Virus record (IMG/VR): IMGVR_UViG_3300030098_004409
Location: 46,289-110,288 of that record
Strand: one strand, 5' to 3'
DNA: 64,000 bases
Source of the DNA: a virus
A program made the position numbers and the translations under genes. Of this stretch, positions 29,610-40,116 are shown one piece after another. Positions within the stretch are counted from its first letter, which is position 1. Every line of letters begins with the position of its first letter. The notes beneath the pieces were generated by a model. It was given only the letters and a program-made list of their open reading frames with translations. It made no database searches and was not told the DNA's origin.

Positions 29610-30101
29610 CTAGCTATCTATTCCGGGACTAGACAATAGCGAGCTCTTTCTATGCGCGTTAGGTCTTCCAGACGATCTCCAATCATCTATCGTTTTCTGT
29701 CGGTCGGCAAAACCTTTGCTCGGAGAGAAAAAACCATGCTCGTAAGTTCTAGTGTTTGTATCTAAATTAAAATATGATTCCCAGTATTCTACTTCTGAAG
29801 ACTCCTTTGATTCCTCATTAGGTGTTAAATGTCCTCCACCTAAACTTTTTTCCCACACAAAGCCTTCGTGTATAACTATCTGTCCTAGATGATTAATGGC
29901 AGAAATGCCAGAGTTTTTACCTGCTCTTATCTGCTCAAATGTATACTGTTTTGATCTTGCGCCCTCTTTAAGATGGACACTGCCCTTCATGAATTTAACT
30001 TTGCCTCCTTTACGAACTTCTGATATAGGGTCATAAATTCCCAATTCTGTTATGTCATAAAGCGGTGAAGGTTTTGATTCTGTTGATATTTTTTTTGGCA
30101 T
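29610..30101 (-). CDS. Hypothetical protein
   Basis: 163-aa ORF exactly filling the gap between two tail genes; no recognisable motif. Confidence 0.55.
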   Translation of the reverse strand: MPKKISTESKPSPLYDITELGIYDPISEVRKGGKVKFMKGSVHLKEGARSKQYTFEQIRAGKNSGISAINHLGQIVIHEGFVWEKSLGGGHLTPNEESKESSEVEYWESYFNLDTNTRTYEHGFFSPSKGFADRQKTIDDWRSSGRPNAHRKSSLLSSPGIDS

Positions 30102-30102
30102 A

Positions 30103-31671
30103 TTAATAAACCCATTCTATATTCAATGTGTAAGCTCCTGTAGCTGCGGTCCATTGCTCAGACTTTGATTGTTGATATCCGCCTGTAGGCTTATATCTGT
30201 TCGCTGCTGTTAGTGCTAATGTAGACGGTTTCTTTTCTCTGTTACACTTGTCCATAGTCCAGTCTACGCTAATACTACGTTTTCTCTCATTTGTAGTTCC
30301 CATGTCCTGAAATATAGGACCGCCAGCCCTACCTATTATACTTATTATAGCCACAGTTTGATTAGAATGGTCTTCATTATTGTCTGTTACAGTTATTTTT
30401 TCTGTAATAACTCCATTATCTTCATCAGCAGCTTCTTCAGATTGATCGTCCTTATCTGCAAAGGTGACAGAATAAGAAACTGAGCCAGTAACAAGATTCT
30501 TTGAAACTGTTCTGCTGTTTTCGGTGATTCTAAGAGTTTTAGGGCTTTCGTCTTCGTCTGGCGCGCACGCAGTTCCTTCTCCCGGAGCTGTGCTTTCTCC
30601 ATCTGGGCCTCCATCTTGACCTGCAGTCTTAACTGTCTCGTAATGAGCGAGCGCCAAGGTATAAGCCTCGTTAAGGGCAGCACTCAGCATGCCTAGAGCA
30701 TTGTCAACAGCATTTACAGTTAAACTCCCTATAGCATTGCTATCATATCCCTGTATGCTTCCAGAGACCGTTACGCTCGCTAAGCCTTCAGCGCCTATGT
30801 CTTCGCTTATTTCTAAGTCATGACTAGCTGCCCACTCTGATGCAGTCCAAGTTGTTGTATAGGTATATGAACCATCATTAGGCTCTGCACTCCCTGTTCT
30901 CTTTTTATTGAAAAACTGAAGAGTGCCAACATTAATACCTACAGCGCCATCAAGGGTTGTGCCAGCAGTAGAAAAAGCATCCCATTCATCTGACTTGTCT
31001 GCTATGTCAATATCAATATTTCTAGCTGGGCTCTCACTTAATCTAGCATCACACCATTCTTTGGCAAACGTGTGTCCGGATTTTTGCCAGCCATTTTCAT
31101 TATACTGATTTACTGCTTTTGCTGACAGGGTTTGAGTAATCGTCCAGACTTTATAAACACTGTTGTCTGAACCTACTCCCGGCAATCTGCTATATTCTCC
31201 AGACTCTTCAATACTCCAAGACTCGCTGCCGGACTCAATATACCTAGCACTTCCCTTTTTGCCCCCATAACGTCCGGTAAACTCAGCAGAATAAGTTCCA
31301 GTGTTAATCCCCTGATCATCGGTCTCCCCTGCGGTCAACCCTGTTAATTCGGCATAGCCAGTAAACGCCTGAGTCCCATTTGGTGAAGTTATAAGTAGAG
31401 TACCATGAAAGTCTTCCATGTCTGCCACTGGCTGCCATCGAGTTTTCTGTTTCCCTATCAGGTTTGCTAATCTTGCGCCATCAGTAGTAATGTCGCCTTC
31501 TGCGACAAATAAACCATCAACACTAATATTATATATTACATCTAGAACGGTGCCATCTCCAGCCTTTACGACTTCTCCAACACTAATACTATAATTAAGG
31601 AACGGGTCATTCGTTCCACTCATTAGAGTTATAGTGCCATCTTTTGTTGTAAATGATGCTGAACCAGCCAT
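30103..31671 (-). CDS. Distal-tail (Dit-like)/minor tail protein
   Basis: 522 aa, beta-rich, with repeated ESWS/GSYTY/GSVSYSVTF-type strands; position in the tail module. Confidence 0.5.
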   Translation of the reverse strand: MAGSASFTTKDGTITLMSGTNDPFLNYSISVGEVVKAGDGTVLDVIYNISVDGLFVAEGDITTDGARLANLIGKQKTRWQPVADMEDFHGTLLITSPNGTQAFTGYAELTGLTAGETDDQGINTGTYSAEFTGRYGGKKGSARYIESGSESWSIEESGEYSRLPGVGSDNSVYKVWTITQTLSAKAVNQYNENGWQKSGHTFAKEWCDARLSESPARNIDIDIADKSDEWDAFSTAGTTLDGAVGINVGTLQFFNKKRTGSAEPNDGSYTYTTTWTASEWAASHDLEISEDIGAEGLASVTVSGSIQGYDSNAIGSLTVNAVDNALGMLSAALNEAYTLALAHYETVKTAGQDGGPDGESTAPGEGTACAPDEDESPKTLRITENSRTVSKNLVTGSVSYSVTFADKDDQSEEAADEDNGVITEKITVTDNNEDHSNQTVAIISIIGRAGGPIFQDMGTTNERKRSISVDWTMDKCNREKKPSTLALTAANRYKPTGGYQQSKSEQWTAATGAYTLNIEWVY

Positions 31672-31683
31672 TGTATACTCCTA

Positions 31684-34600
31684 TTAATATCCAAAAGTAA
31701 TCATATTTAAGTTACCACTTCCATCGCCTATTCCAGATGGTATCACTAGTGTGGCGGTTTGTGACGCGATAGCTGCCCCAGATATATACACATTTGCGTT
31801 GCCCGAGTCCATGATATTCTTTATATACAGAGATGTGTCTGACTCAAGCTCAAAACCTCCCCCAACACCTCTTCTGTATACTAACAGATCTAAATTGCCA
31901 GACCCTAGAGAGTGTGACATGAGCGATAAACTCATATCTGAGGACTCTATACCCCACCCCTTGTTGACATTTCTATCTTGCTCAGCTTGAGTGTTTTTCA
32001 TAAACAGCGGCAATCCTGCCTCTGATGGCCCAGAAGCGGGATCAACCTGAAGACGCATAAATGTCGTCCCGCTAGCTTCTAACTTCTCTGGTCCTTCAAG
32101 TCTTAAAGGCGATACTCCTGAACTTGGACCAAAGTCGCCAGCTCCCATGTATAGCGAAACTCCCGTAACTGGATTTGCATTTACGTTTCCTGTCATTAAG
32201 AAATCTTGAGTTCCTGAAGCGTTGAACACATCTCGCTGACCAACCCTTAAACCAAAGGCTCCAGTTGTAACCATGCCTTCGACTGCGCCGCCAAGCGCAT
32301 GGAGTGAGCTTTCCAGAGTAGAAGATCTATGGGCCGATATTGACAGGCTAGCATCAGTAGATATGCCGCTAGGTCCGAATGTTGTTAATGGAGAGATACC
32401 AGACGTTGGCTTCATGTCCGCATCCAAGAACAATGTAGGAGCTCCGAATATTGGCCCTCTCATATGAAGGGTAGGTGCTCCCGAAGCCGGCTCAGGAGTT
32501 TTCATGTATAGGCTCGTTATGTTTCCTGTTCCATAGGCGGCAAAGGTTATCCCTAAATCGCCCGAGGCAGCCCCAATAGGTTCGGTCACCAATGTAGTGG
32601 TCGCAGTGGAGTTTAGAGGGCCAGCAATGAATAGCGTGCCATTTATGTCTTTTAATTTGAACAAACTTATCTTCTGAACTTCTAGAGTCTTACCAGCGCC
32701 ATAACTAACAACAAAGTCTCGGACAGCTAGTAAAGCTTCTGTACCTTTCATGTCAATAGATCTAGCAAGAACAACATCATGTGCAACAGAACTGATAGCT
32801 TCCTCTTGAGATATATAGCCCTGTATCTCAGAAGTTAATTCTGATGAATTAAACGAAATACTCTCATTGTATACTGCGTCATTAATTGATGAACTGCCGT
32901 TTGTAATCAGGCTTCTAGAAGATGAATTGACAAATGTTCCATATCTGCTGTCTGAGTTAGTATAAGAGTTTAGTAGTGATGGAACCCCAGCATCATTGAC
33001 ACTAAACTGATATACTGTATTAGATATAGGTTCACTAATGGCAAGAAGCGATGATCCCTGATTATAATCAATGTCATATCCAAATAACTTAGCATCATAT
33101 GCACAGCTGTCCAGTCCGCCTATCGTAGAAGTTGTGTATCCTCCACTATAAACACTGTCAACATAAGACCAACCACTATCGTCTTTAAATATATGAACTG
33201 CTCCATCTGGAGAAGCTGCATTGATGCCAGACAAATTGTTGTTTGCTATGTATGGGTCTAACAGGGGCGATGCAACGAAGGCTAAATCCCCTACTATTTT
33301 TATCTTTGCTCCAAATGCCAGTTTTGTGCCTTCTGGTATATTATTTATATTAGAAACATAACCATTCATGTCAGATATACTGAATACAGAAATAGTCCTC
33401 TCTTCACTAGCGTAGTTATCGGATTCATATCTGGTGTACACTGATGCGAATTGAGCACTTTGCTTATCATAGTAAAGGTCTTCACCTTTCCACTCAATCG
33501 ACGTTCCCATGAATTTATTTATTATTATATTGTTATTGTCTGAATTTTGCCAGCTATTAGACGTAAACGCGGCGACTATGCCCCATCTCTCTTCTGTAAC
33601 TATCTCTGAAGAAAATCTAGGTGGCTTAACTAGGGTGCATTCTTTTATCTCGTTTATCCTAGTCTTTACCTCTTCAATAGATGTGTCCTCTAAGATAAAT
33701 ATCATATCTGATATAGAGGCGTCAACCGATACTCTGGCAGATACAGCAATCTTATTCTTATCTGAGACTTTGACATCTTTGAAGTATAAACTAACAGATT
33801 GATTTTCTGTTATTATACCTAGAGATCTTAGGTCTTTATTAAAGTGTGTATATGTTTGATGGAGTTCAACGGACTCTGAATCTAGTATATTAAATATGTC
33901 TAGTTTTGGCTGGCTAACTAAAACATTAGCATTTGCCCCAATAGCTAATAAGCTACCATTTGAATCTATAGATTCTCTAGATAATTCATTTTCATAGAAG
34001 TCAAAGCTGCCTACTCCCGTGTACTCAGAAAGTCTGGCTCCGACGTTTGATATTCTTTTTATACCGTAATCATTAGTATTCCCTGCATCAAGAGCATTTC
34101 TGGAAATTGAGTTTGATTCAGTATAAGAAACCAAGCTTTCTGCTCTTGGGCTCTTGTCGAATAGTTTATCTGCGTATCTTATTTGTTTTTGATGTTCGTA
34201 GTTGTTGTCTAAGCTATTGGCAGAAGGTATTGCTGCTCCAGAGATATAGAGAGGCGGTATTTGTATCTCGTCACCCTCTTCTAGAACAGGTGGAGATTGG
34301 GGATCTTCAAAAGGAAGTCTGTGAGGCTGCATTAAGAATAACGTGGTTGATCCTTCGCTAGACTGTTCTCCAATATATAAGTTTGCGGTTGTTGAGGATA
34401 AATCATATCCTTTGTTGTATAAATCTAATCCACTATTAGTCGGGGCTGTATTTATATTTAATCCCAATATGCCTGAAGCTGGATCTGGAGAGCCTATAAA
34501 TAAAGTTTCTTCGGCAGTGGTTGTAATTCTTCCCATTTGGATTGTCATATCTGAATTATCAACATGAGTCGAATTCATATACAGATTACCCTGCATACAT

Positions 34601-37600
34601 GGGATAGAGTTATATGCCCCATGAACACCAGATACTGCTATGTTCATGTTTCCGCTAGATGGAGCAGATTGACCAATGCCAAGATTCATGACACCACTTA
34701 CTGCAGCTGCCCCAGTGAATAAAGAAGTAGTATTACTAACGCCAGAACCTCCAGCAAACACAAGATCTGCGGTAGACGAAACAAAATCACCCAATGGGGT
34801 TGGCATAAATAGGCTAGTAGTACTACACTTGAAATCAAATGGTGATGGCAAAACAACACCCAAAAACTGTTTAGACTCAAGTGGGCCAATATACAAAGAC
34901 GTATCACCTCTAGCTGGCGCTACACCGCTAATATGCATAGGCATTAACCCCGAAGCCGGAGCAGAACCAATTACATTACTTGTTAACTTTCCGGAGCTTT
35001 GTGGTAATGACAATATTGACAAGCTCAAAAACTCTGGATTTTGCATGTCATTCGCAATAAAGTCCGATACCGTTCTTGTCGCTGATCCATTGCCAGCTTT
35101 CAAAATTTGAATTGAACTGCTATGAGTCCCCGCATAAATTTCACCTGCATCGTCATAGAAAGCTGGAGTATTCGACCGCCCTAACCTTATAATCGAGTCT
35201 GTCTCGTCTGTATGGCTATCGTCTATTACTTTGCAGTCAAACTTCCTGACTTTAGCAATTTCAATGTCTCTGTAAGACACTTCAACAGATAAAACTTTTG
35301 CCTTGTTTATGAAACTATGGTCATTAATCTCAGGGGTATAAGCTTTGCTATATGGGATATAATTTAATGATTTTCTATCGTCTTCGGTTATATACTCACC
35401 ATCTTCTTTCCAAGGGGTCCTCCAAAGATTATGGCTGACAAGACCTAATATTAAAGTAGATTCTGGTGTGACGGTTGAGTCAAAAGCTGGCTGGTTTTTA
35501 TCGTCAAACGCAAATACATAACTTCCAACCTTAGAACCTTTTCCATCTGAGTTTCTTATTGTTCTGTTGGACGAAGAGTCTTTTATAAATGTGGAATCGT
35601 TTATAAACTCAAGAATATCATCTCTAGTAAATACATACTCTCCAATCCAGCCCTCGTTTTCAAGACTGCTTGATACATACTTTGCTCCACGGAACAACGA
35701 GCCAGAATCCTGAAGGCCGTCTTTATATAAAGGTGGGCTATCATTATCAGCATTAGTACTTGAGTTTGGGCCAAATGTTATTTTCGATGTGCTGATATTG
35801 CCCCCAACTTGATTTATCGTATTTCTTGGGTCATCAGTATATAGCACCAAAGAGGGAAACACGGCAGCTGGAGAATTAGTTCCTACTGTAGTCGAGTTAG
35901 TGTCAACAGCAACCTTTATTTTTAACCCTGTAATAATCCGCATTGAATTATTATCCTTGGGCAATGTTTCTATATTGTAGAAAGCACAAAATCCCGAATG
36001 CTGATCGTTGATATCGAATATGTTTGCTGGGTAGTTTATGCCAGTGTCTCCCGAATACCGATACATGCTGTTAAGATCAAAGGAATTCTTGGGATTAAAG
36101 GTTTCTAAAAATGAAAAATATGGAACAGACTCTGATGTCCTTGCTTGTTCAAGATAAGTAGGTAGGATAGAGCGTCCGGAGTCGGAAAATATAGCAGTTT
36201 GGTGTGGTGTCATTAACACTATTTTTCCATTTAATATGTCATACATATTAGACATAAAATAAGGAATTGTGGTGCTTTTGTGTGTGCCGCCAGAAAAAGT
36301 TATTGCCCCTTCTTTAAATCCATCAAGGGTTCGATTGGTGGAATCAACAACTGCTGGAGTTATCTTTTGTAAAAACCTTGAGACGCCGTTAGGTTTTACC
36401 TCGTATACATAAAGACGATGAGCCAAGGTAGGAGTATCACCTATTGAAGCATAGCCAAACTCGTTAGTATAAGAAGGCGCATTAGCAATGAGGAGTCCCT
36501 CATCGTACCTAAATGAATAACCAAATGACTGCTTTAGAAGTTCGTCGCCCTGAAGATGTTTGCTCGCTATTGACTCCTGATCATTAAGATTTTGAAGCTG
36601 CTTATCAATACTATACGCTGTAGCTGGGGCCTCCAAGCTCTTAGTTCCATATATAGGACATTTTATCATGTCTGACTGTGGATGAATAGTCCCTACTGTA
36701 AACTTTGTTGTGATAGACTGCGTACGTGTTGTTCCGCGCTCATCTCCCAATATAAACCAGTCGGCATTGCCCTGCCCTATATCAGTTGATGGCAAAGTAA
36801 TCTTTTCATGAAGGGTCCAAGTTCTAATTTCACTATCTTCATTGTAGTCACTGGGACGATATGTATAATATACCCAACCTTCTATAGCGTATTTATACGT
36901 TGGGTAGCTGTTTTTGGATTCAGGCTCCCCAAAGTGATACTCGTCCGTCATTAGTTTTTCCTCATCGGAGAAGTGATGATAGTCATCAACATTTTCCCCG
37001 ATAGCAGGAGTATTAAATCGTGACAACTGAGATAACGGATTTATTGGTGTGCCGCCCCTAAATCTACGTAAGTCTATCTTTGTTCTATGAGCAGTAACTG
37101 GAGGTTTTGTGTTTTTATAATAAAGATCTATCTTTTCACCCTGATTAAAGACCTTGATGTTACCTTCATCAGTTCCCACCAAAAGCATATTATCTTTAAA
37201 TATCATAGCGGGAGGATTACCATACCAGTCGGTATAATCTTCATCGACATTCATGAAAGCTCTTGTAGCAATAGTCTCATTTGCTTTGATGTAATGATCT
37301 AATTCTTGAGGATTTCCTCCAGTATTAGGGTTGCATATAAATATAGACCCCTTTGCAAAACGAGAACCCAATTCATTATCGTCAGAACAAAAGTCTCGTA
37401 TAAAATCGTTCGACTTAGTATGCCTATCTATAAAAGCCTGCGTAAAAGGGTCTTCGTAATCTTTTTTCTTTTTGTATGCATTAAGTGTAGTCTGCAAATA
37501 CTGCAGCTGTCTATCCACAGAAATACTAATTGAGGCAGAATATGGAAAGGTTGTATTTGAAATAGCAATAATAGGCTTTTCACCATTGGTCACATCATCA

Positions 37601-40110
37601 ACCTTCATGCACAAATTAAATCCGAAACCATCAGAAAATTTATAGCCATTAGTCATCCACCTAGCTTTTACTGTAGATGTTATTGGATATAGAGTATCCT
37701 TGTCTATGCCTTCAAGTTCTTCCCTATACTGACTGATTGAAGCGTTTCTGCCGTCACTATAAACTCCATTATTGTACCTATAATAAGGGAAAACTTTTTT
37801 GATGAAGAAGTCATCTGTTTGACGTTGATCAGAGCCTGACTGTTTAAAAGACGATTTTCTATTACCCAAGAAGGTGGGGGTCATGCCTTTTACTACTGGT
37901 GTGGTATCCATAAAAACCATACCGCTTGTATGTCCTGCCTTGTCACCTACGATTCTATAATTTTGCACATTTGGAAATTTTCTCTCTTCATTGTCAAAGT
38001 TAGAAATAGTCCGTTTGCCCCGGTTTTTATAAACTATATCTGACACCAAGCCACCAGAAGATTTTTCTAATAGATGCTTGCTATCTCTTGCAGTAAATAA
38101 ATCTCCTATATCTCCTTCTGAGATAAAATTGGATATCATCGCCCTGTGCCAATACAAGTTTCTGTAGTCTGTAAATTCAGAAAACTCAACTCCACCATCT
38201 AGAAAGGGTGGAGCTTTTATATATGGATTATACGTAGAAGCGTTTATTTCCTCTGCCTCGTTAATCGTGTGTATGCTGCCATCCGAAATATCTATTTTAT
38301 AAAGCCAAACCCTACCATATGGCTCGTGCTTGGGGAATTTCATTTTATGTCCCCATTCAGGAATCCTAAGATGCTCTGAAGACTCATTTGAAGAAATTGG
38401 ATCAAACTGTGATTTGTGATATTCTTGATCGTAATTTATGCCATACTCGGAAGAATAGGTATTTCCCATCTCTCCAACCGCAAGCCAATAATAGTCTGTG
38501 CCGGGTTGTTTGATGATGTCTAAAGACTGCCCAAACCGATATGCTTCGGGCAACAATTCTAAAGCGTCATAATTATCGTAGTCTCCTGTCGTTTTTTTGG
38601 GGGTCTCTCCAGCGATAATATACGAACCTTTGTCAGTATCCCCAGATCCATTGAGGCCGTTGGGGGAAAATAGAGTTGTCTTATATCTCCATGCCCCATT
38701 TGACTGCTGAGTACCTTCGTGGTATGCCCAAGAAATTGAAGTTAAATCCCGCAAACCAGAAGTCGTTGTTGGTTGTGAAAAGTCCTTATCGTCATACAAA
38801 AGGTATTCTGTGTCAACAGCGGTTCTCTTTACATACTTGACTCCATTAATTGGATGGATTGTATCTTTACCAACATCACCAAGAGCCGAAACTATCTTAA
38901 TTTTATCGCCATTACACAACAACTTTGTATCGTGTGTACCGTCTCCAGAAGGTCCAGTGATGGTTATTTTATTTCCATCTACTGCAGTAATACCGCCTTT
39001 TCTTCTTTCATAGACATCAACTCTACCGCATCTATTTACAACACCCTTCTTGTAAAAGAAAGAACCGTCTTTAATTTTATCTGAAATATCTACCAGCATC
39101 TGGTATTTTTCAGGAACCTGAGTGGTTCCTTCTCTCATGATATACTTTATTGTCGTGCCGCTGCGACCGTTGTAAAGAGCGTGTAATTGCTGCTTTGTTA
39201 TTTTGTCCTTATTTTCGCTTGGTAAAGGATAAGCGAATCCGGTTTTATATTTAGGATTATTATAAATAGCTTCGTTATATGTCCATCTACCATCAATAGG
39301 GGCTTGTGCATTTATGTGATAAACAAACGGTCTAGCGAAAGACCAACTAAGGCCACCAAAGTCTTCCATTACAGCCCTATTAATGTCTCCATCAAAAGAA
39401 ATCTCTTTTTCTCCGAGGAGCCAGTTGTCTTCATCGGGAGTGTCAGGTAATAAGTCCGCAAGCTCACTGAGGTCAATTCTGAATCTATAACCAATGTTTT
39501 TACCTGCGTTGCTTGGGCTTGACTCAATATCATGCCGATTTGAAACGGAAGCATCAGGGTCAAGTTGCCTACCCAAGAGTTGAGTAGGGCTTGTTGCTAG
39601 TGTGCCAATCTGTGGAAAAAATATTGCTGTAGTGAGCTCAGCGTCGCTTACAGAAAAGTCATGAAAAGATTCAACGCTCGTGTCTATTACTAGGTAAGCC
39701 TCTGTAATGGCTTCATTAGCAAGATAGACTTCTTGGGAATGATTGCGGTATGAGACGAGAGCAATATCATCGAGTATTTTAATATCGCTAGGGTTCATAG
39801 CGTCTTTTTTGCGATCTACTATCACCTGAGTGTAGTCTATGTTGTTTGGGTTGCTCTGGCCCTCCGGATACTTTGGTCCCCAGAGACCATAAATAGATTC
39901 TGTTCCAGATAGATAAGGGCTATACCCAAAAGCATTTACATTTGGTGTTTGATTAAGAGTTGTTGCGCGATCATTGAAGTTCGTGAACTGATTAATTCCT
40001 CCGGGAGCTTGCATGAAAAGATCAGACGCAGCGTTCCTTTGAAATGTACCATCAGTCCCCGTCTGGTCATTCTGTATATGTAATGATTTCTTTGTGTTGA
40101 ATTCTCTCAT
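31684..40110 (-). CDS. Giant tail/fibre protein with FG-GAP-like beta-propeller blades and Ser-Gly beta repeats
   Basis: 2808 aa. Blade motifs RFGQSLDI, GRVWLY, FGYSFRY, FGAKIKI, DGAVHIF, LFGYDIDY; two regions of xSGxxxL(Y/F)I-type repeats. Confidence 0.65.
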   Translation of the reverse strand: MREFNTKKSLHIQNDQTGTDGTFQRNAASDLFMQAPGGINQFTNFNDRATTLNQTPNVNAFGYSPYLSGTESIYGLWGPKYPEGQSNPNNIDYTQVIVDRKKDAMNPSDIKILDDIALVSYRNHSQEVYLANEAITEAYLVIDTSVESFHDFSVSDAELTTAIFFPQIGTLATSPTQLLGRQLDPDASVSNRHDIESSPSNAGKNIGYRFRIDLSELADLLPDTPDEDNWLLGEKEISFDGDINRAVMEDFGGLSWSFARPFVYHINAQAPIDGRWTYNEAIYNNPKYKTGFAYPLPSENKDKITKQQLHALYNGRSGTTIKYIMREGTTQVPEKYQMLVDISDKIKDGSFFYKKGVVNRCGRVDVYERRKGGITAVDGNKITITGPSGDGTHDTKLLCNGDKIKIVSALGDVGKDTIHPINGVKYVKRTAVDTEYLLYDDKDFSQPTTTSGLRDLTSISWAYHEGTQQSNGAWRYKTTLFSPNGLNGSGDTDKGSYIIAGETPKKTTGDYDNYDALELLPEAYRFGQSLDIIKQPGTDYYWLAVGEMGNTYSSEYGINYDQEYHKSQFDPISSNESSEHLRIPEWGHKMKFPKHEPYGRVWLYKIDISDGSIHTINEAEEINASTYNPYIKAPPFLDGGVEFSEFTDYRNLYWHRAMISNFISEGDIGDLFTARDSKHLLEKSSGGLVSDIVYKNRGKRTISNFDNEERKFPNVQNYRIVGDKAGHTSGMVFMDTTPVVKGMTPTFLGNRKSSFKQSGSDQRQTDDFFIKKVFPYYRYNNGVYSDGRNASISQYREELEGIDKDTLYPITSTVKARWMTNGYKFSDGFGFNLCMKVDDVTNGEKPIIAISNTTFPYSASISISVDRQLQYLQTTLNAYKKKKDYEDPFTQAFIDRHTKSNDFIRDFCSDDNELGSRFAKGSIFICNPNTGGNPQELDHYIKANETIATRAFMNVDEDYTDWYGNPPAMIFKDNMLLVGTDEGNIKVFNQGEKIDLYYKNTKPPVTAHRTKIDLRRFRGGTPINPLSQLSRFNTPAIGENVDDYHHFSDEEKLMTDEYHFGEPESKNSYPTYKYAIEGWVYYTYRPSDYNEDSEIRTWTLHEKITLPSTDIGQGNADWFILGDERGTTRTQSITTKFTVGTIHPQSDMIKCPIYGTKSLEAPATAYSIDKQLQNLNDQESIASKHLQGDELLKQSFGYSFRYDEGLLIANAPSYTNEFGYASIGDTPTLAHRLYVYEVKPNGVSRFLQKITPAVVDSTNRTLDGFKEGAITFSGGTHKSTTIPYFMSNMYDILNGKIVLMTPHQTAIFSDSGRSILPTYLEQARTSESVPYFSFLETFNPKNSFDLNSMYRYSGDTGINYPANIFDINDQHSGFCAFYNIETLPKDNNSMRIITGLKIKVAVDTNSTTVGTNSPAAVFPSLVLYTDDPRNTINQVGGNISTSKITFGPNSSTNADNDSPPLYKDGLQDSGSLFRGAKYVSSSLENEGWIGEYVFTRDDILEFINDSTFIKDSSSNRTIRNSDGKGSKVGSYVFAFDDKNQPAFDSTVTPESTLILGLVSHNLWRTPWKEDGEYITEDDRKSLNYIPYSKAYTPEINDHSFINKAKVLSVEVSYRDIEIAKVRKFDCKVIDDSHTDETDSIIRLGRSNTPAFYDDAGEIYAGTHSSSIQILKAGNGSATRTVSDFIANDMQNPEFLSLSILSLPQSSGKLTSNVIGSAPASGLMPMHISGVAPARGDTSLYIGPLESKQFLGVVLPSPFDFKCSTTSLFMPTPLGDFVSSTADLVFAGGSGVSNTTSLFTGAAAVSGVMNLGIGQSAPSSGNMNIAVSGVHGAYNSIPCMQGNLYMNSTHVDNSDMTIQMGRITTTAEETLFIGSPDPASGILGLNINTAPTNSGLDLYNKGYDLSSTTANLYIGEQSSEGSTTLFLMQPHRLPFEDPQSPPVLEEGDEIQIPPLYISGAAIPSANSLDNNYEHQKQIRYADKLFDKSPRAESLVSYTESNSISRNALDAGNTNDYGIKRISNVGARLSEYTGVGSFDFYENELSRESIDSNGSLLAIGANANVLVSQPKLDIFNILDSESVELHQTYTHFNKDLRSLGIITENQSVSLYFKDVKVSDKNKIAVSARVSVDASISDMIFILEDTSIEEVKTRINEIKECTLVKPPRFSSEIVTEERWGIVAAFTSNSWQNSDNNNIIINKFMGTSIEWKGEDLYYDKQSAQFASVYTRYESDNYASEERTISVFSISDMNGYVSNINNIPEGTKLAFGAKIKIVGDLAFVASPLLDPYIANNNLSGINAASPDGAVHIFKDDSGWSYVDSVYSGGYTTSTIGGLDSCAYDAKLFGYDIDYNQGSSLLAISEPISNTVYQFSVNDAGVPSLLNSYTNSDSRYGTFVNSSSRSLITNGSSSINDAVYNESISFNSSELTSEIQGYISQEEAISSVAHDVVLARSIDMKGTEALLAVRDFVVSYGAGKTLEVQKISLFKLKDINGTLFIAGPLNSTATTTLVTEPIGAASGDLGITFAAYGTGNITSLYMKTPEPASGAPTLHMRGPIFGAPTLFLDADMKPTSGISPLTTFGPSGISTDASLSISAHRSSTLESSLHALGGAVEGMVTTGAFGLRVGQRDVFNASGTQDFLMTGNVNANPVTGVSLYMGAGDFGPSSGVSPLRLEGPEKLEASGTTFMRLQVDPASGPSEAGLPLFMKNTQAEQDRNVNKGWGIESSDMSLSLMSHSLGSGNLDLLVYRRGVGGGFELESDTSLYIKNIMDSGNANVYISGAAIASQTATLVIPSGIGDGSGNLNMITFGY

Positions 40111-40116
40111 ACTCGC

